Below, in pieces: positions 10,018 through 18,649 of a stretch of DNA of 64,000 nucleotides. The stretch is from an uncultured virus (IMG/VR IMGVR_UViG_3300034071_002938) (taxonomy: Duplodnaviria; Heunggongvirae; Uroviricota; Caudoviricetes). Location: the IMG/VR virus record IMGVR_UViG_3300034071_002938; one strand, 5' to 3'. Each line of letters begins with the position of its first letter. Positions within the stretch are counted from its first letter, which is position 1. Below the pieces are notes generated by a model. The model had not been told where the DNA came from. It did not search any database and worked only from the letters and a program-made list of their open reading frames with translations. A program made the position numbers and the translations under genes.

Positions 10018-10278
10018 ATGGATTATCGATACAACGATAGGCAACGTGCGTTCGACGAGTCTCTTTCGAAGGAGCTTAACCAGATCGAACTGGACAAGCA
10101 GTCTTCGGACGAGGTTCCCGAGGAGAGCGGTATCAGGCGCATCGCTCAGAAGAAGACCCCTCTCGACCAAGTCAAAGAGGTGATCGAGGCGAGTCAGCGG
10201 AAGAGTGCTGCGGAAGAGATTCGAGAGTTTGGAGTTCGGCGAAAGCTCGCCGCGCTCAAGAACAACAGGAACGGCTGA
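10018..10278 (+). CDS. Hypothetical protein
   Basis: GAGG SD; 86 aa between sheath and tube. Confidence 0.55.
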   Translation: MDYRYNDRQRAFDESLSKELNQIELDKQSSDEVPEESGIRRIAQKKTPLDQVKEVIEASQRKSAAEEIREFGVRRKLAALKNNRNG

Positions 10279-10296
10279 GGCCGTTAGGAGATCAGA

Positions 10297-11004
10297 ATGG
10301 CCAGCTACAACAACTGGAAGCCGTACGAGAACTACGTTCAGAGTGGAGGCGAAGGCCCCGGAATGGTGGACGGTAAGTTCATCAGTGGTGCCTTCTGCGG
10401 CATCTTCGCCGGACCCCCGCGCTTGGCAACGATTGGTGGTGCACTGACCCTGGGAGCTTCTTTGAGTTCCCCGGCGTCTGCATCGCAGATCGTTTACCCG
10501 GTCGGTGTCACCCAGAACCTCAACCTGAGCAACAACCGCCAGTTCAGCCGCATCTTCGAACTCGGCAGTGAGCGCTCATACTTCATCTCGGGACGCACGA
10601 TCGGCCAGCTTGGTCTGAGCCGTGTCCTGTACCACGGCCCAAGCGTTCTCCGAACGCTCTACGCCTACTACAACGACAACGTGCCGAGCACGCTCGTCCC
10701 ATCGATGTTCCCGAACGTCGGTGCAGGGGCGATGCCGAATCCGCACGATGTCGTGATCCCGCCTGGCTACGAGAACTTCTATGGCAACCTTGCCTCGGAT
10801 CTGTTCTCACAGCCGGTTGGATTGCTGATCGTTCTGAAGGACTCGAACCAGGACACCTACGGTTCGTTCTACCTCGAGAGCTGCGTCATTCCCAACCACA
10901 CCATCGCAACTGACGCGCAGGGTGTGATCATGCAGGAGTCCGTGGCAATCCAGTTCGAGCAGATGGTTCCGATCGCTACGAAGCAAATCGAGCTTGTGGC
11001 CTGA
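10297..11004 (+). CDS. Probable tail tube protein
   Basis: Follows sheath; PVGVTQN...RIFELGSERSYFISG...LSRVLY...YLESC.I..H......G....ESV.IQFE resembles myovirus tube proteins. Confidence 0.65.
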   Translation: MASYNNWKPYENYVQSGGEGPGMVDGKFISGAFCGIFAGPPRLATIGGALTLGASLSSPASASQIVYPVGVTQNLNLSNNRQFSRIFELGSERSYFISGRTIGQLGLSRVLYHGPSVLRTLYAYYNDNVPSTLVPSMFPNVGAGAMPNPHDVVIPPGYENFYGNLASDLFSQPVGLLIVLKDSNQDTYGSFYLESCVIPNHTIATDAQGVIMQESVAIQFEQMVPIATKQIELVA

Positions 11005-11019
11005 AGATGTAAGAAGCTT

Positions 11020-11059
11020 GGCCTGGGTATGTTTAGGCATGCCCAGGCCTTTTCTTTTT
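11020..11059 (+). terminator. Rho-independent terminator after the tail tube gene
   Basis: GGCCTGGGTATG/CATGCCCAGGCC stem followed by TTTTCTTTTT. Confidence 0.75.
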
Positions 11060-11069
11060 GGAGGATCAA

Positions 11070-12614
11070 ATGGCACTGTCGAAGGTTCCGAAAACACCAC
11101 ACCTTACCCGCGCCGGAAATGGTCTTGCCGGTGAACTCTGGAGTCTGCGCCAGGAAGCGAGCGCAGCAATCTCAGCTCTCACAGATCGAATCTTTCCTCC
11201 TACTCCGATCACTGATTTGTACGTCAGTGCTCTGAACGGCAGCGACTCCAATACGGGGTTGAGTCCAAGCTCTCCGCTTGCCAGCATTGTTGCCGCTGAG
11301 GCACTACTGCCGTCGATCATCACAACTCGTGTGCGCATCCATATCGGAAGGGCTGGGCTGGGATCGGAGTCCTATGCCTTCCCCTCTTTCCGCAGGCGCG
11401 AGCTTCGCGGAGACATCGTGCTTGTCGGCGATGGTGCTGGTCAAAGCGGCGCAGCCGGAGTCAGCGTCATTGAGGTTCTGCCTTCCACAGCAGCAGAGGC
11501 ACCGGACTCAGGACAGGGCTCAGTCCAGGTGGCGGGGACGGGCTGGACTGTCAATGCATTCGAGAACAAGACCATCGAGATCCTCAGCGGTGCCGCCGCT
11601 GGTGACAGGAAGATGATCAACAGCAACACGGCCACTCGGATCTACGTCGATGGTCCGTTCAGTCAGCCCGTGGCAAACGGAGACCTGTTCCGCATCACCG
11701 GCCCTACCGCTGTTATCGGCGTGCCCGATGTAGCTGTAGGCGAGTCTATCCTTGTCGAGGGGTGCGGGACTCCGGACACAAGCTCAACCGTAGAAAGGTT
11801 GAACTCTTCGTTTGTTCTGATGAACATTGGGTTCACGCCAGTCTCTCCCTCTGGGACCGTTGGCTTCAACATGAAGAACAGTGCGGTCTGCTTCTTTGGT
11901 GTTGAGATCTCAGGAGCTACCACGATACAGATTCGAACAGACGGCAGCAGCTTGAGCATCGGACAGAACGCTACCGACGCTACTCGAGCATTGGGTGTGT
12001 ATGGCTTCAGCGATCTGGGCGCGCCGAACTCCAACTCATGGCTCGGCTGGGGATTTGGAAGCCCAGGCGCCTCAGGCGCCTCTACTGCTCAGAGCTTCTC
12101 AAGCGGAAATATTGACGGATACATCTGCACCACGCGGGGCCTGACCTGCCGAGATGGAGCCCGGCTCGTAGTTCGTGGCGGTCGTATCGTCTCGAAGTCG
12201 GCAAGCCCAGCGCTTCAGGTCACAAACCTCGGTCTGGTCTACCTGCTTGGAGGGGCAACTACTCCGATCGTGCTCGAGGGCCTCTCCACCTCAGTGGGAG
12301 GTATCTGCTATGGCTACGATCTTGCAAAGATTGCCATGGCGAACGTCACGATCAATGGTTCAGTAGCTGGTATCAGCGGCATCCATGCGCAGTTCGGTAC
12401 AATCGTCGAATGCTCGGGAGGAATCACGGGCACTTGTGGTGGGTACGGACTACTTGCTATGTTTGGTGGCGTGATCAAGCATTCTGGCGCGTTCGGAGGT
12501 CTCACAGGAACTCTCGGGACCATCAGTGTGGACAACCATACCCCCTCTGCGATCACTGACCTGACATCTTCAGGCAAAGAGGCTCAAGGCCATGGCCAGA
12601 TTGTGAGGCTGTAA
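11070..12614 (+). CDS. Putative tail spike/fiber-associated protein with beta-helix (pectin-lyase-like) regions
   Basis: GGAGG SD; LYVS...GSDSNTGLS.SSPLASI..A motif; W..N.F....IEILSG..AG..K.I.SNTAT insert; Gly-rich beta repeats at the C-terminus. Confidence 0.55.
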   Translation: MALSKVPKTPHLTRAGNGLAGELWSLRQEASAAISALTDRIFPPTPITDLYVSALNGSDSNTGLSPSSPLASIVAAEALLPSIITTRVRIHIGRAGLGSESYAFPSFRRRELRGDIVLVGDGAGQSGAAGVSVIEVLPSTAAEAPDSGQGSVQVAGTGWTVNAFENKTIEILSGAAAGDRKMINSNTATRIYVDGPFSQPVANGDLFRITGPTAVIGVPDVAVGESILVEGCGTPDTSSTVERLNSSFVLMNIGFTPVSPSGTVGFNMKNSAVCFFGVEISGATTIQIRTDGSSLSIGQNATDATRALGVYGFSDLGAPNSNSWLGWGFGSPGASGASTAQSFSSGNIDGYICTTRGLTCRDGARLVVRGGRIVSKSASPALQVTNLGLVYLLGGATTPIVLEGLSTSVGGICYGYDLAKIAMANVTINGSVAGISGIHAQFGTIVECSGGITGTCGGYGLLAMFGGVIKHSGAFGGLTGTLGTISVDNHTPSAITDLTSSGKEAQGHGQIVRL

Positions 12615-13069
12615 TGACTCAGTCAGTAGAAGAACTCAGAATCCCGGGATGCCACCGGTTCACCTTTCAGGGCGCCCTCTCTGGACTACCTCCAGGAGCC
12701 TCCGCCGTTGGCACTGCTACACCGGGTGACGGAGGGACAGTTGGTGTGATCGGTGTGATGCACATGATGGTGGGCATGTGCTTGGCAGATCTTCGGCTTC
12801 ATCGGGTAGTTCCTGGGACCGGTGCTGGCATTACCTCAACCACGGTGCAGTTCCATCGCGTCCGCGCCGGTGCCTGGCAGGAGCTTGGTACATTGTCGAT
12901 CAAATCAGCAGTGGCCTTCGATACTGCTACCGTCAGTATTCCGGGTTCCGTTAGCCTACTTCCGAACCCAATAGCCCTTTTGCTGAAGGGGGACCTTATC
13001 GTCGTCCGGCTTGTTGACGCCGAGCAGGGAACCCCAGCAAACATCACCGCCACAGTGGAGACACGATGA
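12614..13069 (+). CDS. Hypothetical beta-rich structural protein
   Basis: TAATG coupling with upstream gene; L..GD.I.V motif. Confidence 0.5.
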   Translation: MTQSVEELRIPGCHRFTFQGALSGLPPGASAVGTATPGDGGTVGVIGVMHMMVGMCLADLRLHRVVPGTGAGITSTTVQFHRVRAGAWQELGTLSIKSAVAFDTATVSIPGSVSLLPNPIALLLKGDLIVVRLVDAEQGTPANITATVETR

Positions 13070-14568
13070 CCCGCAAGTTGCACGGCCGAATGAAGCTCTA
13101 TGGCTTCGAGATCAGCATCGAGAATGCCAAGGGGACTACGCGCAAGTGGTATGATCCACACGGCAAGGAGTCCGGCAGCACCTACATGCACTGTGACTAC
13201 GGTTACATCCGAGGGACTGAGGGCACGGATGGCGATCATGTTGACGTCTACATCGGTCCTCATCACGACAGTGATCGTGCTTTCGTCATCGATCAGATGA
13301 AGAAGCCCGGATTCACCGAGTTCGATGAGCAGAAGGTGATGCTTGCCTTCCGAACTGCGGAAGAGGCGAAGAAGGCCTATCTGCGCCAGTACAACGACAA
13401 GCGCTTCTTCGGAAGCATGAAGGAGATGTCCATGGATGAGTTCAAGCAGAAAGTCCTGGATCGTAAGAATAGGGGCAAAAAAGTGGCTGGCTTTGTTGCC
13501 CTGAACTTGGCTCGCGGACTCAACGACCTCATCCTTCCGCATCACATCAAGTCCGCGCAGATCATGGGAAGCCCTGGTGGCGTAGACGCCGTCCCTCCAC
13601 AAACCGGCTACGGCAACGCAGTCACAACGAAAGCTGATCGTATTGAAGCTTCGCAGGAAGTGAAGGTTGCAGGTGGAGATCGAGTCGGTGCTATCTCAGA
13701 CCGAATCGATGATGCCGGTATTGGCTTGCTCGCAGCTCCGTATCTTGCACAGGCTGGGGGCAAGGTACTGGCGAAGTTCAAGAACCCGAAGCTTCAGGCA
13801 GCTGGTGCTGGGCTCAGCAACTTCGGGCGGCACATCGAGCATAGCCACGGGCGCGAGATCGCAGGTCTCGCCATGGTTGCTCCTGGTGTGACCCACGCTG
13901 TGGCGCGGGGGATCGACAAGGCGATGCCCTCGAAGAAGCTCGAGAAGGTTGCAGAGAAGCTGTTCCCCGACTTCGAGTACAAAACGGAGCAAGAGAAAAC
14001 TGCGATCCTCGCTGGTCTTGGTCGGCTGGCCGGAGACCTCGTTCATGCCGGAAGTCAGCTTCGCCCTATGGCTGCTCAGGTTGTGTCTCGTGCTGGAGGC
14101 ATGAAGAGTCAGATCAGTCCTATGGCTGCGAAGCTTGTTGACGGGGCAAAGGGCAGACTCCAAGGAGCGGTGAGCGGGGCGCAGAATGCAGTGTCCCGCC
14201 AACTCGCTGGTGCCAAGGATAGCTACAACCTCGCTAAGGCTGGGCTCCCACCTACACGAGTCCCAACCCCACAACCCAAAGTGACAGCATCAGTAACGGC
14301 TCCGATATCCCATGCCCACCCCGGACATACCCCCGCACCAGCGCTCTCTGCCAATGCCCCAGTGGTACCGGCCGCGGCCCCCGCGACGAAGTCGAAGTGG
14401 AACCCAGCGACCGCCAAGAACCTTGCTCTTGGCGCCGGGGCAGTTGGTGTTGGCGGAGCTGCCTACGGCGGCTACAAAGGCATCCAGACGACAGCATCCA
14501 TGCTACAGAACCACCACGAGGCACCTCTTGTCCCGCCAGGGTTCGTTGGGGCTGGCAGGGTGTTTTAG
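13066..14568 (+). CDS. InPase (inorganic-pyrophosphatase-like) domain protein with Gly/Ala-rich C-terminal region
   Basis: ISIEN.KG..R...DYGYIRGT.G.DGDHVDVYIGP...FVIDQ...FDE.KVML.F...EEAK.AYL..Y matches the InPase domain of phage/plasmid polyvalent proteins. Confidence 0.8.
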   Translation: MTRKLHGRMKLYGFEISIENAKGTTRKWYDPHGKESGSTYMHCDYGYIRGTEGTDGDHVDVYIGPHHDSDRAFVIDQMKKPGFTEFDEQKVMLAFRTAEEAKKAYLRQYNDKRFFGSMKEMSMDEFKQKVLDRKNRGKKVAGFVALNLARGLNDLILPHHIKSAQIMGSPGGVDAVPPQTGYGNAVTTKADRIEASQEVKVAGGDRVGAISDRIDDAGIGLLAAPYLAQAGGKVLAKFKNPKLQAAGAGLSNFGRHIEHSHGREIAGLAMVAPGVTHAVARGIDKAMPSKKLEKVAEKLFPDFEYKTEQEKTAILAGLGRLAGDLVHAGSQLRPMAAQVVSRAGGMKSQISPMAAKLVDGAKGRLQGAVSGAQNAVSRQLAGAKDSYNLAKAGLPPTRVPTPQPKVTASVTAPISHAHPGHTPAPALSANAPVVPAAAPATKSKWNPATAKNLALGAGAVGVGGAAYGGYKGIQTTASMLQNHHEAPLVPPGFVGAGRVF

Positions 14569-14572
14569 TCCC

Positions 14573-14618
14573 GGTGGAGGAGAGAGACCCAGCACGATTA
14601 GGGTCTCTCTCCTCCATC
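14573..14618. terminator. Long hairpin between convergent operons (probable bidirectional terminator)
   Basis: GGTGGAGGAGAGAGACCC-N10-GGGTCTCTCTCCTCCATC, 18-bp stem; weak U-tracts. Confidence 0.6.
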
Positions 14619-14620
14619 TC

Positions 14621-14998
14621 CTATCGACACTGCCCACCTAGCCTTAGTGCTCTAACGAGCCTACTCGCGATCTTGGGGCCGGGGCTTCGCTGCTTGCTGT
14701 ACGGACTTGATTCCCACAGGGCTGGGCCATACACAGCTATCGCTGTCAGGAAGGCATCCGTTTTCCGCCCGCTACCAACAAGGTAGTAGCTCTGCACGCC
14801 GTTATACGCCATCTCTTCAACGAAGATCAGGTCGTCGCCTTCAGCAGAGTAATCATCAGCGTAACCGGCCGAGGAAGACATCCCATACGATCTCTTTCTC
14901 TTTCTATACGCCTCATCGATCTCTTTGCCTAGTTTCATCGGCAAGTTGCCTTCGAGCAGGTGGTAGGTCTGGATCTGTATTGGCACGAACTTATCCAC
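14621..14998 (-). CDS. FxP-motif array protein 10
   Basis: GTG start; MDKFVPIQIQTYHLL. Confidence 0.7.
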   Translation of the reverse strand: MDKFVPIQIQTYHLLEGNLPMKLGKEIDEAYRKRKRSYGMSSSAGYADDYSAEGDDLIFVEEMAYNGVQSYYLVGSGRKTDAFLTAIAVYGPALWESSPYSKQRSPGPKIASRLVRALRLGGQCR

Positions 14999-15296
14999 GC
15001 GATCCCTCCCGCGCCATCCATCTCAGCTTCCTGTGAAACCGATCGACCAGCTTCTCGATGCTATCTATCCTGTAGAAAACAGGACCCATAGCCTTTGGTT
15101 CATAGTCCGAGACTGCCTCCATGAACTTAACGGCTCGTGGGCAGCTCGGCAGGAAATGGGTTTCAGGCCAAGATGTCTTCCTGTTGAGTACGATAGGGAT
15201 CAGGTAGTTGCCCTGATCCATCTCGATGAATACTTTCGTGGGAAGATCACTACTCAGTAGGTGCTGAGCTTGCACGGAGGCAGGGACGAACTTCAT
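14991..15296 (-). CDS. FxP-motif array protein 9
   Basis: MKFVPASVQAQHLL; overlaps next gene by 8 nt. Confidence 0.7.
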   Translation of the reverse strand: MKFVPASVQAQHLLSSDLPTKVFIEMDQGNYLIPIVLNRKTSWPETHFLPSCPRAVKFMEAVSDYEPKAMGPVFYRIDSIEKLVDRFHRKLRWMAREGSRG

Positions 15297-15651
15297 GGCA
15301 CGATCTCTTTATTCGATAGTTGAGTACGGTCGCCTGAACGCCCCTGTTGATGTTCTCCGACATGCTTGTGTGCAGGACGTTTTCGTAGATCTCGGGATAG
15401 TAGAGACTGACTGCATTCAAGAAAGCATGCGACCAAGCATCGCACGTGAGCAGCCAAGCTCGAGGCAAGTCACCTGTTCGTCGACTGTCTATGGCATCTA
15501 CGATCACAGCCAGGCCACTGCGAGGAATGGTGTAGTTGCGATCGACTGCGACTATTCTCTGTGCCGTTCTCAGCTCGCTATCGAGTCGTGAGGGCAGGCT
15601 TGCGTCCAGGAGGTAGGTTGCCTGCACGTGGCTGGGGACAAACGCGCTCAT
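15250..15651 (-). CDS. FxP-motif array protein 8
   Basis: MSAFVPSHVQATYLL; ATGA overlap with upstream gene. Confidence 0.7.
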   Translation of the reverse strand: MSAFVPSHVQATYLLDASLPSRLDSELRTAQRIVAVDRNYTIPRSGLAVIVDAIDSRRTGDLPRAWLLTCDAWSHAFLNAVSLYYPEIYENVLHTSMSENINRGVQATVLNYRIKRSCHEVRPCLRASSAPTE

Positions 15652-15965
15652 AGTGGCCACCGCAACCTCGGCAGAATAATCGGGTCGTTAAGGACCGAAC
15701 AATAGCTCTGTAGATAACCGCTAACCCACATGCGATCTACTCCAGTGCGATCCCACACCAACTGTTGATCCGTGTAGGATAGATCTGTGTCGCAGAACTC
15801 ACCAAGAACGACAAGGACGGGGTGGGGTCGCACCGATCCCCGTTTTTCCCTCAACGAATGTGCTGCGCCAAAGAATCTCTGGTCAAGGAGTCGGTTAGCA
15901 TGATCCAGAAGCTTCGTCCTGACGATCTGGTCTGCCTGTATGATTTGCGGGACAAAGCTATGCAT
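15648..15965 (-). CDS. FxP-motif array protein 7
   Basis: MHSFVPQIIQADQI. Confidence 0.7.
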   Translation of the reverse strand: MHSFVPQIIQADQIVRTKLLDHANRLLDQRFFGAAHSLREKRGSVRPHPVLVVLGEFCDTDLSYTDQQLVWDRTGVDRMWVSGYLQSYCSVLNDPIILPRLRWPL

Positions 15966-16173
15966 AGCGTTCCATCACCAATCTGAGTTGGGTGTTTGGG
16001 CGAGACGACTCAGGAACGAGTGCATTCAAGACAAGAGCGAACAGCCTGGGTCCTGGCTTCCTCTGTTCTTCGGGAATGGACAGGAATCTGTTGAAGTCTT
16101 CGCGGATCGCGCTTATCGCACAACTCTCACGCATCTGTTCACGCTGGATCTCGATCGGAATGAACCTATCCAT
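15958..16173 (-). CDS. FxP-motif array protein 6
   Basis: AAAGGAGG SD; MDRFIPIEIQREQM. Confidence 0.7.
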   Translation of the reverse strand: MDRFIPIEIQREQMRESCAISAIREDFNRFLSIPEEQRKPGPRLFALVLNALVPESSRPNTQLRLVMERYA

Positions 16174-16184
16174 CAATCCTCCTT

Positions 16185-16604
16185 TCAACCGGCGTCCCAA
16201 TCATCGCCATGATCATCATGTGAGTAGTTGCTCTGCTTCCAAGCATCTGAGATCAGAATCCAGTGAGACACTGCCGAGTTACGGGGCCATGGCCATGGCG
16301 ACGCTGTTTTGGGGTCCATGCTGCGGAGATGGACATCGCAGATATGGGTGGGGTTGAAGAACTGTCTGTTAGATCGGGGAACGGTCATTGTCGCTGGTAG
16401 AAGCTTCATTGACGGAGCCTGCGAGTCCAGTCCGCGCAGATCATAACTTCGTAGGAAATCATCAGCGAGCCCGAACGAATATATGCCGTCGTGGCCGCTA
16501 GCTTCAAAACAAGCCCAGCGGGGCATGCTCTCAAAGGCAAACTGGGCAAGGTTGATCTTTTTGAAGTGCTTGCGTGTTATTTCGTGGGGACAGAATGTTC
16601 GCAT
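16185..16604 (-). CDS. FxP-motif array protein 5
   Basis: MRTFCPHEITRKHF. Confidence 0.65.
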   Translation of the reverse strand: MRTFCPHEITRKHFKKINLAQFAFESMPRWACFEASGHDGIYSFGLADDFLRSYDLRGLDSQAPSMKLLPATMTVPRSNRQFFNPTHICDVHLRSMDPKTASPWPWPRNSAVSHWILISDAWKQSNYSHDDHGDDWDAG

Positions 16605-16786
16605 AGGTGATCGCTCATCTTGCCAATCAGCTCAGTAAGCATCAACCCGAAGAGGTATTGGCGTAGATCTTCCGGGTACTCTGAGAGGAAATACTCCAGA
16701 GGATCATGTTGGGTAGGATTCTTCCAGCCCGCGCGTGCTTGTCGCAGATAGTCTATCTGGACAGCCCCCGGGCAGAACCTATTCAA
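16577..16786 (-). CDS. FxP-motif array protein 4
   Basis: Probable TTG start overlapping the upstream stop; (M)NRFCPGAVQIDYL; start uncertain. Confidence 0.6.
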   Translation of the reverse strand: MNRFCPGAVQIDYLRQARAGWKNPTQHDPLEYFLSEYPEDLRQYLFGLMLTELIGKMSDHLCEHSVPTK

Positions 16787-17234
16787 GCGGCTTCGGCGTG
16801 TAGTAGTGCTCAACCATTTCCACAGTCATTAGGTCGTAAATGTACGGGGCCAGATTCATCGGATAGACAGCGAACCGCGTCGAGGCGTTAAGCGAGGTAC
16901 GATCGAACAGATCAATCTTCCGCATGTAACGACCCTGTTCATTCCAAGGATTGAACGTCTTCGGAATGAAGTAGGTATCATAGATCTCCAACGCGTTCTG
17001 TGTCCGATTCCTATGTATTCCGAGAAAAGGATCGATCATGAAAGCAAGAATGAACACGTCTAGTGGATCGTAGTATGAGGACCTCTCCTCAGATTCCAGG
17101 ATGCCCGCCTGACCATCAGCTCGCCAGATGAGTCGCTGAGTTCGTTGAAACTCTTCCTCCTCGATCAGCAGCGTCTTCAGCCGATCTACCTGGTTGAGGT
17201 ACTCGGCTTGCACAGTTTGTGGATGAAAGATCAT
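16779..17234 (-). CDS. FxP-motif array protein 3
   Basis: MIFHPQTVQAEYLNQVDRL; extended similarity to 17231-17650. Confidence 0.7.
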   Translation of the reverse strand: MIFHPQTVQAEYLNQVDRLKTLLIEEEEFQRTQRLIWRADGQAGILESEERSSYYDPLDVFILAFMIDPFLGIHRNRTQNALEIYDTYFIPKTFNPWNEQGRYMRKIDLFDRTSLNASTRFAVYPMNLAPYIYDLMTVEMVEHYYTPKPLE

Positions 17235-17650
17235 ATTGCCTTAGCCAGACGATAGTACATGCGGACATCTTCTCCTTGGAGAGGCAGCTCGGTCCAGGGA
17301 TAGTCATAGGAGAGCACAGGGTCTGGAGCCCTGTAGGTGTGACCACACCGCCGTAGATAGGCGCCCTGCTCACTCCAGGGGTTGAAGTCCGGGATGCTCC
17401 GGTACTCGTCATAGATCGCGCTAACTTCGCTATCTCTTCGGTGAGCCTCTTGTGAAGGCCTCAGTAGGTGTAACTCGAGATAGGGATCTAGGTGCGACCG
17501 GAGCAGCAGCGCCTCCATAGAGCCAGCGTTTCGCAGCCTCAGGTACTCACGCTCATTCTCTAGCATCAGATTAAGGCGATCTGCCTTATTCAGATACTCG
17601 GCCTGAATGCCGTGTGGATGAAATACTTCAGAGACGATCGCCGAGTTCAA
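17231..17650 (-). CDS. FxP-motif array protein 2
   Basis: VFHPHGIQAEYLNKADRL; shares IYD.Y....FNPW.EQG.Y.R with its neighbour. Confidence 0.7.
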   Translation of the reverse strand: MNSAIVSEVFHPHGIQAEYLNKADRLNLMLENEREYLRLRNAGSMEALLLRSHLDPYLELHLLRPSQEAHRRDSEVSAIYDEYRSIPDFNPWSEQGAYLRRCGHTYRAPDPVLSYDYPWTELPLQGEDVRMYYRLAKAI

Positions 17651-17924
17651 GGCGGTACTCCTTGATCACCAACGTGACCTGGACGTAGAAGTAGTCGGAC
17701 ATAGTCATCTTAGATCCGCGACGAGGTCGCAGGACAAGCGGTTCATATGTCCCACGCAGCTGCTCTAGCGCATCCAAGAACCCCGGGTAGATCAGTTGCC
17801 TAGCAGCAGTGGCGCGCCGGTGGTTATCCATGATGAGACCGATCTCCTCCAGTGGTCTAAGACGCTCCCGCTGTACATCTCGAGGACAGAATCTAGGTAT
17901 CGTTGGGGTAGGCGATGTCTGCAT
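17628..17924 (-). CDS. FxP-motif array protein 1
   Basis: IPRFCPRDVQRERL. Confidence 0.65.
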   Translation of the reverse strand: MQTSPTPTIPRFCPRDVQRERLRPLEEIGLIMDNHRRATAARQLIYPGFLDALEQLRGTYEPLVLRPRRGSKMTMSDYFYVQVTLVIKEYRLELGDRL

Positions 17925-18318
17925 ATAGAGATCTCAGTATCTTGCCTGGCGCGCGCTCGATGGCTCTTAGGAAAGAGTTGATGCCGCTTCGGTACATCGC
18001 GTACTTCTTCACACGACTAACGATCTCCACGTATCCGAGGTCCTTGTTGACACAGGCAATCGCCCACTCGTCCATTCCCAGCATGTTCTCAGATGGGTTC
18101 TTGGTCTTCGTCTTGATCCAAGTGGAGCGGTCCATCAGCTCGAAGGCTTCTTGGACGCTGAGCCGCCTAACGATGCGAAAGCATTCGTAGTCGCGGACGA
18201 AAGTCCCGTGAGGGGAGAACCTTTGTACCTCGGGGTGTATAAGATCAAAAGCAAAAAGAGGAGCGCACTCGCACTCCTCTTTTGAACACCCGCATGTGTC
18301 GCAGGCTCCGTAGGCCAT
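17893..18318 (-). CDS. Hypothetical protein with N-terminal Cys cluster (CDTCGC...CEC)
   Basis: TAATG coupling at 18316-18320. Confidence 0.55.
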   Translation of the reverse strand: MAYGACDTCGCSKEECECAPLFAFDLIHPEVQRFSPHGTFVRDYECFRIVRRLSVQEAFELMDRSTWIKTKTKNPSENMLGMDEWAIACVNKDLGYVEIVSRVKKYAMYRSGINSFLRAIERAPGKILRSLYADIAYPNDT

Positions 18319-18623
18319 TACGCCTGGAACCCTGTGTGGCCGAAGAGACGGCGCGCACGCGACTCCACGAGGAGCTTCAGACACTCTGCGTTGTCGATCT
18401 CCGCTTCGTATGCCGCGAGGCATCCGCGCATCAGGATCTCACCCGGGAAGGGCCCCAAGGACCCATTCTCGATGCGGACCTTCAATGCGTTCCCCTGGCG
18501 GGACAGCTCGTGGAGCTTCATCAGGCTGGCGGTGTAGACGTCAAGCGTCTCATTCAGGTCGTTGTCGTTGAGCGCGCGAAGTTTGTTGATCTCGGACAGT
18601 CTCTGGTTCAGAAGTTCATTCAT
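18318..18623 (-). CDS. Hypothetical helical protein, first gene after a CTATAAG motif
   Basis: GCTATAAG-N6-GGAGG-N5-ATG. Confidence 0.65.
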   Translation of the reverse strand: MNELLNQRLSEINKLRALNDNDLNETLDVYTASLMKLHELSRQGNALKVRIENGSLGPFPGEILMRGCLAAYEAEIDNAECLKLLVESRARRLFGHTGFQA

Positions 18624-18638
18624 TGGATCCTCCACTAG

Positions 18639-18646
18639 CTTATAGC
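18639..18646 (-). promoter_or_regulatory. CCTATAAG-family putative phage promoter (GCTATAAG variant) upstream of the FxP array operon
   Basis: Same motif-SD-ATG geometry as 12 other copies. Confidence 0.5.
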
Positions 18647-18649
18647 CGA

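Noticed and set aside
14621..17924. FxP array as a diversity-generating retroelement, shufflon or CRISPR-like array
   Set aside because: Similarity is at the protein level only; I saw no near-identical DNA repeats, no adenine-specific TR/VR pair, and no reverse transcriptase or recombinase in the window.
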